Source: Eledone cirrhosa
Lineage: Eukaryota
NCBI GenBank assembly: GCA_964016885.1
Contig: OZ024743.1
Coordinates: forward strand, 284,270,001-284,334,000
Direction: 5' to 3'
Length of the DNA stretch: 64,000 nt
Under the pieces are notes generated by a model that had not been told where the DNA came from, ran no database searches, and saw only the letters and a program-made list of their open reading frames with translations. Below are positions 47,963 through 60,193 of this stretch, piece by piece. How positions within the stretch are numbered: the stretch's first letter is position 1; every line of letters begins with the position of its first letter. The translations under genes were made by a program, and so were the position numbers.

Positions 47963-48260
47963 AGGTGTAATGTGTGTTTCGCGATTGATCAGCTCAAGGT
48001 TTGATCTCTATCAATTGGGCCCGAATCTGGAATCAAAAGCTCATCAGACTTCATGTGTTTTTCTTCACAAAACAACCAATCAAAACAAAGAATAACTGAC
48101 CTCTCCAATAGAATTAGAACAGGTATGTTTTTTAAAGCTGAACACGAAACATTCCATCATTAAGTAAACAGAAGTCTGATGAGCTTTTGATTCCAGAGTC
48201 GGGCCGGATCGATAAAGATCAAACCTTGAGGTGATCAATCGCAAAACACATGTCACACCT
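47963..48260. mobile_element. Inverted pair of 90-bp hammerhead-like motifs (Penelope pLTR-like)
   Basis: Arms 47963-48052 and 48171-48260; CTGATGA-gc...gc-(G)AAAC-acat-GTC. Confidence 0.7.
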
Positions 48261-48289
48261 AACATTTCTGGCATAATTGGTAGAACATA

Positions 48290-48640
48290 AGACACCATAC
48301 TTTGCAGCATAGGAGTTATGGCCCTTTATGTTCTGAGTTCAAATCCTGCTGAGGTTAACTTTGTCTTTCATCCTTATGGGGTCGATAAGATAAAGCACCA
48401 GTAAAGCACTGGGGTAATTGCTGACCTTGTGCCAAAAGTAGAAACATTATTACTATATATATATAACTTAGAGTTACAGCCCTTTATGGTCTGAATTCAA
48501 ATCCCATTGAGGTTAGTGTTGCCTTTCATCCTTACGGGGTCGATAAATAAAATACCAGTTGTGCACTGGGGTTGATTTAATTGACTTTCCCCTCTCCCCA
48601 AAATTACTGGCCTTGTGCCTAAATCAGAACCCATTATTAC
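48290..48640 (+). mobile_element. Two tandem 5'-truncated SINE family A copies
   Basis: B-box, core and tail occur twice. Confidence 0.85.
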
Positions 48641-51046
48641 TATATATATATACATATATATATATGTATGTAAAAATGATGGTGATCTGTGATACACACA
48701 GACTGCCATATCAATAATATTGTTAACAATTCATCTATGTCACAACTCAAACTAATATCACAACAAAAAGTATTAAATACATGGTAATATCTCAACAGAT
48801 TCATAACATAGAATTTAATGAATAATTCTTTCTTCATCCTTCCTGAGATTTTTTTGGCTGCAAAGTCCTCATTATAGTGTCATTTTATGTTTTTGTCCTG
48901 GCTTTAATAAATTCTTTGACTGAATATAATAAGAAATCTTACAAATTAATTGGGAAATAATTAAAAAAGATGATTCTGCATATTTGTTTGGCTGATAATA
49001 TATCCTCTTTGTGCATATGAAAAACAGGAATGAGAACACATACAATAATATACGTAAATAATATGCACATATATACCTATACCACGCATCTAACACCAAA
49101 TATACACACATAGAGCAACACATTGCACAGGTGAGTACAAATAAAATAAAACAGTATTCAATATGTAATGTGAAAGTTGTGAGTAATTATATTAACAGTT
49201 TGACTTATTTCTTCATTACCACCGGTTTCAAGATGTAAACACATATACATATATATTATCAGATTTGATATATATATATATATATATATAGGATAGGACA
49301 ATCTATGGTCTTATTTACACGCCCCCCCCCCCCCCCCCCCCACACCATCATCATCATCACAAGCAGATTTACAATTGTTTTTCCAAACTGGCATGGGTTG
49401 GATGAGTCTTTTTGAGGCAGAATTCAACAGCTGGATGGTCTCTCTGTCACCAACCCTCATTGGGATATTTAAGAAAGGTTCTGGAGACATATACACCTTA
49501 TTATTAGATTATTTACTGTAGTCAAAAATATAGCGAAAGCTAATTTAATTCAATTTTCAAACTTCAATCACCATCTTCCAAACACACATGATCACCTACA
49601 TATAAAAAACCCCTATAGTTATGAATGAGCATAGATTTGGCACCTAGAATGCTCCCCTCTGAGGAATAATCCCAGGCAAGGTGTTTTTGTGGAGGAGCAG
49701 CAGTTACCCATGCATACCTGTCTCCCCTCTCTATGCTACTGGCAACGTCCAAGAAAGGCAAAACTGATACACCTTGACACCAATGATGTTGCAACTCACT
49801 TCTACAGCTGAATGAACTGGAGCAATGTGAAATAAAGTGTCTTGTCAAGGACATAATGCATCACTAGATCCAAGAACAAACTCACAACCATACGATTGTG
49901 AATCCAATTCTCTAATCACTAAGCCACATGCCTTCACATACATATATATATACAAGATAAAGTTATATCTATATATAGAATAGTAACCAATACTGCCTAA
50001 ATGTGTATATAAAGTTACATGTTTTTAGTATATAAACAAAATAAATCAAAATTCACACAGCCCCCTCTCACTGAAACTATGTACAAAGTCATACCTCCTC
50101 CCTGCCTGGTGAGAGGCAGTCATACATTCGTGATAATATATATAGGTGCAGATATGGTTGTGTGATAGGTGTATACTTGGTTGTGTGGTTAAGGAGTTTG
50201 CATTGCAACAACATAACTTCAGGTTCAGACCCAAAGTGTGATGTCCTGGGTTGTCTTTCATTATGACCAATGCTTTGTGAGTGAAACTTGGTAGATAGAA
50301 ATAGTGCAAAAGTCTGTTGTAGTTGTTGTTTGTGTGTGAGTGTGTTTTTACATTTACTGTTTATGTCTTCTAACTTACTGGCTCAATGAAAAATGATCAA
50401 TAAAATAAACATCAGGTTTGAAAATATATACTGAAAATAAGCCTAGAACATTGCATACAAGCACCATCAATAATGTCGATAAATATATTTATCGTACTTA
50501 AGAATTAAATTAAATATATCCAAAATTAAGAACATAAGAGTCAGTTTGTATCATCCCATGTAATGAAACTAGTTTTATTAACTTTATATTAGAGAGTCAC
50601 TTCACAGAGAAGAGGCAGTGATATATGTAAAAGTCAATAAAATAAAGTGTATTAGTTGGAAGTTGGTATCAATTCAAATCCCATCGGAGGTGGTGTGTTG
50701 GGCTGTTTTAATCATGTCTCTGCTTATCATGTCAGTTACCACTTCATGAAATAGTTCATATTTCATTCCTGCTTAATCATGTACAGTGTCAGCATTTTGT
50801 GGAGAATAAACATTGTATTGAATTAAATAAACCACAAAATCAAATATGTCTGTGCAAGTTCATATTTGCATATCAAAAATATAGTTTTTTCCTTTTTGTA
50901 CATTTGTATACACTGATATAGACCTTAGAAAACACACATACTCACACATATATATGAACAGTAAACTGCCTAGAAGATAGTGTTTCTGTTTGTATCTATA
51001 ATACACACATACACACACAGAGAAACTTGTATGCATAAATATACAA

Positions 51047-51535
51047 TTTGCTAGCCTACCTGAAATCCCACTACATCTCTTGTGTACACATAATTTGCAT
51101 TTGGGGCATAGGATGGAATTTCTATCTCCTCCTTTCTTGCACACTGAGCAAGGCCATTTCCCTGAGGGAATCTGAGCCCTGTTATCCTTTCTACATACTA
51201 GGACTTTGATATTTACCAAGATTCTAGGCCTTGCTTCCAGATTTGGAATTTCTCCTCTAGTTCTGCCATAGATTCAGCTATAAGGGTTGGATCATCTGCA
51301 TACAGAAGTTCCCATGGGCACCCATTCTTAAACTCTTCTGTTATAGCCTGCATGACAATAATAAACACGAGAAGGCTAAGAACACAGCTTTGATGCACTC
51401 CTACCTGCAAGCTAAATTCTTTACTGCAGTTGTTATTAATTCTAACCTTGCTGACTGTTCCTCTATACATGGCTTATACCCCACCCCAAGTCACTCATCT
51501 ACTCCTAGTTTTCTAAGAGCCCATCATATAATGGA
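51047..51535 (-). mobile_element. RTE LINE RT/PHD fragment
   Basis: ELLYADD; WPCSVCKKG...CPKCKLCVHKRC. Confidence 0.88.
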
Positions 51536-51944
51536 ACACACACATATACACATATACATACATACATATGTATGTATGTATAATACAATTAGCTATTGGT
51601 TTTGTTTCTTTCCAATGTTTTCAGATTTCCTATAGATCAATGTTGAAGATAAGCAGTATAATTGAACAACTTCATCCGTCATGTCAATCATCAATCATAA
51701 TCTTCCTTAAATTGACAATAAGAAATAACAATGAAAACAGCCACTTTCAAATGTGATGCTGATATTATTCTGTAATATCATTACAGTTTCGTTTCCACTA
51801 CAGTTAAAGTAGAATATGGTACAGTGAGGTGGCATGATTCAATATTCCTGAGATTATATACATTGTTGTAGTTAGAGAAGGTTGGCATGGTAACTGAATA
51901 CTGGTCATCTTCCATTTTGCTGATGTATTATTTTCTGTATTACA

Positions 51945-52146
51945 TATGAGGGTTGGCTGAAGTTCTTCAGCTGACTATGATGGAGTGATGCTAGAGCTTT
52001 GAAATCTTGCATGCATTAATTTCAACTCTTCTTAATAACTGTATTGTTTCTTTCCAGGGTCTATGTTGAAAAAAAAACAAAAAAAAACTCATTTGGTAAT
52101 TCTATGTATCTTGGCCAGCCTATAAACATTTCAGCTGACCCTTGTA
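51945..52146. mobile_element. mariner-derived MITE
   Basis: Imperfect TIRs ta-tgagggttggctgaa / ttcagctgacccttg-ta. Confidence 0.6.
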
Positions 52147-52149
52147 CAT

Positions 52150-53204
52150 ACATATCTGGCACTCCATGTTTTTTCATGTGCTTTTGTTAGCTCCTCAATT
52201 TTAGGCTGCCAAGCGATGGGCATAGAGCAACGAACCAACCTGAAGTTTCTGATCTGGTTGAGGAAAACTATGCCAGAAGCACTTGGCTTACTGCAGTATA
52301 TGTACAACAAAGATGAGACAATGTCATGCTCATGGGTTTTCAAATGGGTCAAAAGGTTCAAAGAGGGATGCAAGGATGTGGAAGACTTTCAACAAGCGGA
52401 ACTGAGGCCAATGTTGAGCACATGACGCAGGTGGCACGAGGCGATTTTGGCTGACTGTTCGACTGATTGCAAATGAGATGAGCATGAATCACAACAGCGT
52501 TTGGAAGATTATCACTGAAGATTTAGGCATGCAGAATAAAGATAGTGCCGAAGCTGAAAAATGACCAGAAGGAGCAACACATGCAAGTATGTTAGAACAT
52601 CCTTAAGCACCTTGAAACTAACCAGACTTGCTGGGGATAGTCATCACCAGTGATGAACCATGGATCGATGAGTCCAGAGTTGTTAAGGCTGAAGAAAGCA
52701 AGACAGTCGAAGTCCAAAATTCAAACACATGTTGATTGCATTCTTCATCGTCCACATAGTGTTCTGGCCACAGAACCAGCATGTCTACAAAGAGATCCTG
52801 CAGCATTTGCTTTGTTCAGTGCATGAGAGTTGTGACAGGACAACTTGTGGATGCTTCACCACTACAGTGGATGCTTCACCACTGAGCATCTGGCAGTTCC
52901 TGGCCAAAAAGAACATTGCTGTGCCGGAGCATCCTCTCTCCTCACCTGAATTGGCTCCATGTGAGTTTTTTCTTTTCTCCAAGCTCAAGAGGGTCATCAA
53001 AGGGCCCCATTTTCTGGACGTGGAAGCCATCAAGAGGGCCATGATGATGGAGCTGTGAAGAATCCCAGGAGAATCCTTCCAGAAGTGCAGAGAAGGATGG
53101 GAAAGTGACTCGAGGGGAATTATTTTAAAGGAGAAAACTTGTAGTTTAGATTTGAAATATTTTTTGTGACCTCCAGTCCGGTTTCTTTTCTAACACAACT
53201 CATA
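52150..53204 (+). mobile_element. Decayed mariner transposon
   Basis: HTH EQRTNLKFL...VFKWVKRFKEG; VITSDEPW (TGDE.W); HPLSSPELAPCEFFLFSKLK (YSPDLAP.D); right TIR ccggtttcttttctaacacaactcata. Confidence 0.9.
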
Positions 53205-54797
53205 TGTATATAAACCATAGTACCTCACTCATCGCAGTAAATATATTCCTAATAATGTAGTACTAAGTAAAACAGTGCTGTCTAGGGTCATTATAAATAA
53301 AGTTAAGAGTTTGATATAGCATACAAAAATAAATGGTAGCTGATTAGACACTGGCAAAGCAACTGAAAAATCCCCAAACTTGCTATCACACCCTCCACAC
53401 ACCTAATATTTTTATATATTGTATTGAGATGTTACACATTCTTATCTCAAGTTATGATACTCATAAAATTTCAAAATAATTGTAATTAATTGTTTATATG
53501 TATGGACCTGTAATTCTTAGTGTAATCATAGGGCTGTTGTAGAGACAGCATTTCGAGAGCATTTTTAAAACCTGGTGGAGCCCAGCTCTGAACACAGTAG
53601 ATTTCTTCCAGAGAAAAGAGATATATAGAGAGAATCAACCAGAATCAACCCTACTACAGCCTGGTATTTTTATTTATAGACCGCGAAAGTATGAAAGACA
53701 AAGTTAACCACAGTGGGATTTGAATCCAGAGCACAAAGAGCCAGAACACGTACCACAAAGTATGTTATCTGATGTTCCAATGACTGCTAATTCATTACCT
53801 TGTAATTAATTAGGATAACATAATAAATTTATAAGACTAGTTCATCTGTATTGTTCGTAATAATTGTAACAAAATTATACACTGTAATCAAAAGTACATT
53901 TGCATTTACAGTTTGCATTCTTCCTTCACTGCCAGCTTAACCATTTTATTGATGATTGCTATTTTTTCATCAAATTTCTGAAAGGTATAGCATGCTTCTG
54001 ACCATGGAATTTTTACAAATTCTGTTCATGCAGTTTTCAAATACTTATCTATGGCCTTCATGGTCTAATTTTTTCCCCAAACACCTGCCTATCTCTTTCT
54101 TAAACAAGCTGTTTGAAAGTGCTTCAAATATAATAGGCCTTCAAATTAGAAATGAACTCTGATCCATAGGATGGAATAAGGCAGTGTTGTTTGGTGATAA
54201 GAAAACTACCTTAAAACTACCTTAACAAGAATGCATATCTGAAGGGTGTGAAGATTTTGAGGGCAACCTGGAGCATTATTGATCACCAACAACACCACTG
54301 TCACCCTCCTTCCCCTACCATCACTTTGTTACCCCCCTTCACAGGTAAATTATATTCTCTGCTATTTCAATACTTGATTATCAATCCTCTCCCAATCAAC
54401 TTCTCCAACATATTTACTTTGAAAAAAAAAAAGAAGACTACAGAGAGTGGAGAGGTTTCATTAGCCTTGCAGCAAACAAGGTATCCTCACTAGTGTTAGT
54501 AGCAATGTGAAAAGCATCCAGTACACTGTAAAATGATTGACGATGAAATGGAGACAACCTGGAGTAGAGAGGAGTTTTTAATGATGGCAAAGAGTTGACA
54601 ACCTCACTAATGCTAGTTTTATAATAAAGCACACCGAGTTCTCACTGTAAAGTGGTTAATATTAGGAATGGGCATCCAGTCATAGAAATCCTGCCAAAAA
54701 ATGGCTTTTTGACCTGTCCAACCTATGCTGCATATAAAGCATGTAAAATGATGATGATATATATATATATATATATAGCATCATCTAACTTGCGCGC

Positions 54798-54830
<33 letters not shown>

Positions 54831-55958
54831 AACACACACTAGTTATCATTTCTAAGTAATGATAAATATGATATACAAGTTAGATTAAATACTTATAGTA
54901 TTTAGTTTTGAATTTATTGGTAGTTGACAGTTGTTTTACAAAAGTATTTTGATAATCAAACCCTACCTCACCAAAAGAAATATTTTATTGATTATACTAC
55001 TTCAATGAATTCATCAAGTGCACAAGTGCAAGTTTAAGGTGCAGGAAAGAGAGAGTGTAAGTTTGGAATATTTATTCGTTTTTAAAGCATTAGCATTCAA
55101 AATATTCTCATAAATTGCATTTTGTGTAAAATATTTACAAAATTTTTCTGTGATTTTCCTGTCCTGCTTTCACAGTGTATTTCCTGGACTACTAACAAAT
55201 ATGAAAGTTGAAATACAAGATGAAGACAAGAGCTTAGGAATGTCTGACTAAAGAAGCAAAGATGAAAATATTAGCTTTAACAGCAACAATGTTAGCTGCA
55301 ACAACAGTACTACTAGTACCACTGTCAAAAACTGTCGCAGCAGCAATGGCTGCATTAACAGCTGTGGAAGTGGAATTCTGAGTGAATGTGACAGCAACAA
55401 AAAACAAAAAATAAAACAACAAAAAAAACAACTGAATATGACAACAATATCAGGTACTCCTGTTGCTCAGCTGAGGATGAGTGTAATACAAATACAAAAG
55501 GGAATGATTAGGAAACAGGATAGTTTTCACCTGTTGTCTACAAAATTACAGGCTTGTGATCTAATTGGTCACCATATGTAAGGTTTTTAGGAGGGTGTCA
55601 TGTTTCATGGATGCAGCATAGCTGAATGGCTTAGAGGTCACTTTACAATCATGAGGTTTTGGGTTCAATCCCACTGTCTAGCATCTTGGGCAAACCTAAG
55701 CCTTATGAATGAAACTGGGTAGATGGAATGAACTGTACAAGTAAATTCATAGGATCAGCCTTAACACACATATTGTGTCATGCTGAGTGTTGTTGTGAAT
55801 TATATTAAGAGTACATATGATTGTGGAATATTCAGCCATTGATGTTAATTTAACAAGTGAGCCAATCTATTGATTAAGCAACTGGAACACTTATTGTCAA
55901 AACCAATAGAAGTCTATTTATTATGTTTCTAGAAGTAGAATGCGTTTGTATCTAGGAA

Positions 55959-57388
55959 CGTAAAAGTTGGCGTCCATCAGGGCTCTGTTCTCAGCCCCCT
56001 ACTATTTATTATTGCCCTTCAGGCTATAACAGAGGAGTTCAAGACAGGCTGCCCATGGGAACTCCTATACGCAGACGACCTGACACTCATAGCGGAATCA
56101 ATGGCCGAGCTAGAGAAGAAATTCCAAACATGGAAGCACGGCCTAGAGTCAAAAGGACTTAAAATTAACCTGGCTAAGACCAAAGTTCTAGTTTGTAGGA
56201 AAGAAAACAAGGCGGCGGTCCCTTCTGGGAAATGGTCGTGCTCGGTGTGTAGGAAAGGCGTAGGTAGAAACTCCATTTTATGTCCTAAATGCAAAGTATG
56301 GGTGCATAAAAGATGTAGTGGGATCACAGGTAAGCTAACTAAGAACATAGATTTTACATGTGGCCGGTGTTCTGGTGCAATAAGTAGCAGCAAGTGCCCA
56401 CAAAATACTAGCTCTTTCAATTGCGCAGAGGGTTCTATAGAAATAGTGGACAGCTTCCGTTACCTGGGCGATAAAATCAGCAGTGGGGGAGGGTGCTCTG
56501 AAAGTACTGTAGCTAGAGTCAGAACTGGTTGGAAAAAGTTCAGAGAGCTTATACCACTATTAGCTGCTAAAGGGTTCTCCCTAAAAATGAAAGGCAGGTT
56601 GTACGATGCCTGCATACGAACAGCAATGTTGCATGGTAGTGAGACCTGGGCATTGTGTGCAGAGGATATACGCAGACTAGAGAGGAACGAAGCTTGCATG
56701 CTCCGCTGGATGTGTAACAGTAATATACGTGAACGGCAAAGCATAAACGAACTAAGGAAAAAATTAGAGATAAGAGGGATCAGATGTTGTTTACTCGAGA
56801 GAAGGCTGCGTTGGTATGGACACGTGATGCGCATGAAAGTCGATAGCTGTATAACAAAGTGCAGGGCAATAAAGATAGACGGTAGCCACGGAATAGGCAG
56901 ACCTAGAAAAACATGGGATGAGCTGATAAACTCCGACCTCACACACTTACACCTCACCAAGACAATGTCACTGGACCGAGACCTTTGGCGGTACTCAGTA
57001 ATAGAGAAGACCCGCCTTACCAGTAGGCATCTCTAACAAAATACACCCCGTCCCGCCACCACCCCCACCCCATCCACACCACCCCGTTCTATGTAAAGTT
57101 ATGTTGGTGCCGCGCCATCCAGGCCGAAACAAATGAGATCGTGTAGGTGTCACGACAAAAAAACACACAGTCCACGCTGTAATGTGGCCGTGTAGGCAAC
57201 ACGGTAAAAACCTCCCAGACCCACACTGTAAATGTGGTTGGTGTTAGGAAGGGCATCCAACTGTAGAAAACCTGCCAGACAGTCCTATGCGAGCAAGACA
57301 ATCACTCTTGCCTCAAGTGGGACTACCCCCGTCCAAACCCATGCAAGCGTGGAACACGGACGTTAAACGTTGATGATGATGATGATGA
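55959..57388 (+). mobile_element. Young 5'-truncated RTE LINE with an uninterrupted RT C-half, PHD and thumb
   Basis: Open frame from QGSVLSP through YADD to the stop at 57036; near-identical to 41236-42658; (TGA)n tail. Confidence 0.96.
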
Positions 57389-58422
57389 ACAGGGAGCAGG
57401 TGTGATGAAATCCATTAAGGACTTGATAGAGAGGCATCATCTAGATAATGAGTTCTAATATCTTTAAGAGATTAGGTTATGATTTAAAAGCAATTTGGCT
57501 GCTATTTCTAACAAGTCAAGAGACCACGTAGAAACTCCTTCTTAGAAATAAAGGTGTAGCTAGCAGGTAGATTATAATATGTTTTTACCAAGAGAAGTTT
57601 AAAGTAAAGACTGTGCTTTCAGAGAAAAAGCATGATTGCCAAAGAGTGAGTAGACAAAAGTTCTTTGCTAGGTTTGAATGATAGTTATTGTTGTTGTTTA
57701 AGTGAAGGTCAGCTATGATCAAGTATCTTTATGATCAAATGCATTCCAGCCATCTAATTTTTTTTTAACATCTAGGATTGTATTGGCTACTGGGTCCTTT
57801 TTTATTAAGATAGTAGAGTTTGATCTGAGGGAGATATAGCTTCTCTTTCCAGCAAGTTAAACAATTATGGAGAAGCTCTATAGAGACATATAACAACAAA
57901 GACATAATACTGTCTCAGTCAGATGCCCTGTAGAGTAATGGGTAAAACCTGGCAAACAATCAATACATAGTTGGTGAGCCAGCTAGAAAAAAGCAACCAA
58001 ATCTCCCTTAAATCAAACTTTAACTCCTTAAAATGTCAAATAAAACATTCCAGCTTCTGGTTCACAAACATACTGCCTTTTTTCTCTGTCTTTTCTACCA
58101 CCTTAAGCAAGTGTATTTTTTCATAACTTCAGGTGGACCAATGCCATGTAAGCAAATTTAGGTAGACAGACATTACGTGGACTCAGTCATTTCCAACTGA
58201 ACAAAAACATTCTTTGGGAAAGACAATTGCAAAATCTTGATAGTAACAATTGACATTTGGCTAACATTTTAGCTGTTTCCCACATAAGTTTCTTGATAGC
58301 CCTTGTGTTAGATTCTACATGTAAGAACATGCCTTTTTAAGAAGGGTTTGTTATTATACTCCACTTGTTAGTAGGATTGAACATTTTGTTGAAATTTCAG
58401 TTTGATTTTATATATTGAATTA

Positions 58423-58571
58423 GGAGGCACATGGCTTAGTGGTTAGAGCATTGGCCTTGCAATCGAAAGGTTGTGAGTTCAATTCTCAGACCAGGTGATT
58501 TGTTGTTTCCTTGAGCAAGACACTTTATTTCACATTGCTCCAGTTTACTCAGCTGTAGAAATGAGATGATA
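58423..58571 (+). mobile_element. SINE family B 5' part (tRNA head plus CORE-like segment)
   Basis: A-box tggcttagtgg, B-box gagttcaattc; body matches 2351-2455. Confidence 0.88.
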
Positions 58572-59689
58572 CCAACCTGGTCAAAACTGGCTCTGGTTCT
58601 ATGAAACAAAACTATCTATCTTCAAAAGTTTTTATTTAGATCAACATCTATAAGAACCATATGTTACTATTTAAGTAATGAAATAATTAATAATTTTAAT
58701 AAACACCTCAAAATTCATCATTAAATAATTGATATATAGTGTATTTCATTAAAAATACAGTCATGAAAGGACTAAAACTGACTGATTCCTACTAAGTGAA
58801 ACACAATAACCAGCTCACGTTGAGAGAGACATGATGTGACATAAGGGTTATCAAGAAACTTTTTTCTGCTTCTTCTTGTTCTTGGCTCACTTGTTGCTGA
58901 GAGGGTCATGGGAGCAGAGTTCTCAGACATGTTTTCCAGGAGGTCCTATCTGAATATTCATATCCAAATGATCTGCTTGAATTCCCAAGTGAGACAAACT
59001 GAGCTTATGGATGTTATCTGGCCATATTGCTCATGATCTGCCTCTGGGTCTCCTGCCAGTTGGCTGTGGATCAAGAAACTCATCTATTAAATGTTTAAAT
59101 TCATCTAATATTTATATTTCTTCTATGTATATAAACAGGCCATCTCTGTATGCTTGAGCTTTATTCGTATATAAAAATAGATAGTCGATTTATTTTTATT
59201 TACAAGTAGCATGCAAAAGTTATTGTCTTCATTTTAAATCAGATAAAAAGATTGGATAGGAGAGAAAAAGAAAAACAAAAAGGTAGTCACACATATTTGG
59301 AGAGATAGAGGAAGATAAGGGAATAATGCTAGATTTAATGAGTTCATATTTGTTATAAGCTAAGACCTAACAGTCAGTTAAAGTTTAAATTCAAGTGGTA
59401 TGGAAATTATTGTTTTTCTTGATATCAGCTATTTTTTAGTATTTGCACATCCCCTAAAGGTAAGGTGGATACACATACACACAGTAGTTTGTGTAGATTT
59501 ACACTGTTTTCTCCCTTTGTTCCACACACCTACTCTAACAGAGTGTATTTTGAATCTTCATTATGGCAACTGTTACTTTTTTTAAATTTATTTCTCATGG
59601 TTTGTTAATTGAGTATTCATTTTCTCCATGTGATCTGCCATTAATGGACAGACAAATACTTGGTTAATACATTATATATATATACACAC

Positions 59690-59717
59690 AAGTATATATA
59701 TATATATATATACATAC

Positions 59718-59765
<48 letters not shown>

Positions 59766-59777
59766 CATGTATATATA
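59690..59777. repeat. (TA)n microsatellite (others at about 10283, 22293, 47778, 49268)
   Basis: Direct observation. Confidence 0.95.
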
Positions 59778-60061
59778 AAAAAGAAAATTTCGCTCTACAT
59801 GGCTGAATACAATAAATGTAATCTGAGTTTTTCGAATATTAATAATAACATTCGATTCGTTTGCAATTATGCAAACAACCCTCAATTTTAGAGCCATGTT
59901 AGTAGAATGAACACTTCATTCTTGCTCTTGTGTTGGCATGCAAACAGAACTGCAGACACTAATCTTTCTGGGTATCACCCTTCATCAGTACAGCTCACTA
60001 TTCACCTGCCAAACTGTCAGAGCTAGTGAAAATATATGCTATTTTCAAAAATACACAGTGA

Positions 60062-60160
60062 CTGATCGGCCTGATTTGCATATTAGCAGACTGGCTGATC
60101 AATCAGATCTGCATATTAGCAGATCCACTGATCAGGCAGATTTGCATATTAGCAGACTGG
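60062..60160. repeat. 33-bp tandem repeat x3 at an RTE break point
   Basis: Units ctgatc....gat(t/c)tgcatattagcaga.... start at 60062, 60095 and 60128. Confidence 0.92.
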
Positions 60161-60193
60161 CCAGTCAGTTTCCTGCATACAAGCGATAAATGG

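Noticed and set aside
55230-55440. Asn/Ser/Cys-rich or Ala/Val-rich open frames
   Set aside because: Explained by a decayed AAC/AGC trinucleotide repeat.
60062-60160. CRISPR-like array
   Set aside because: Eukaryotic context, contiguous units without unique spacers and no cas genes.
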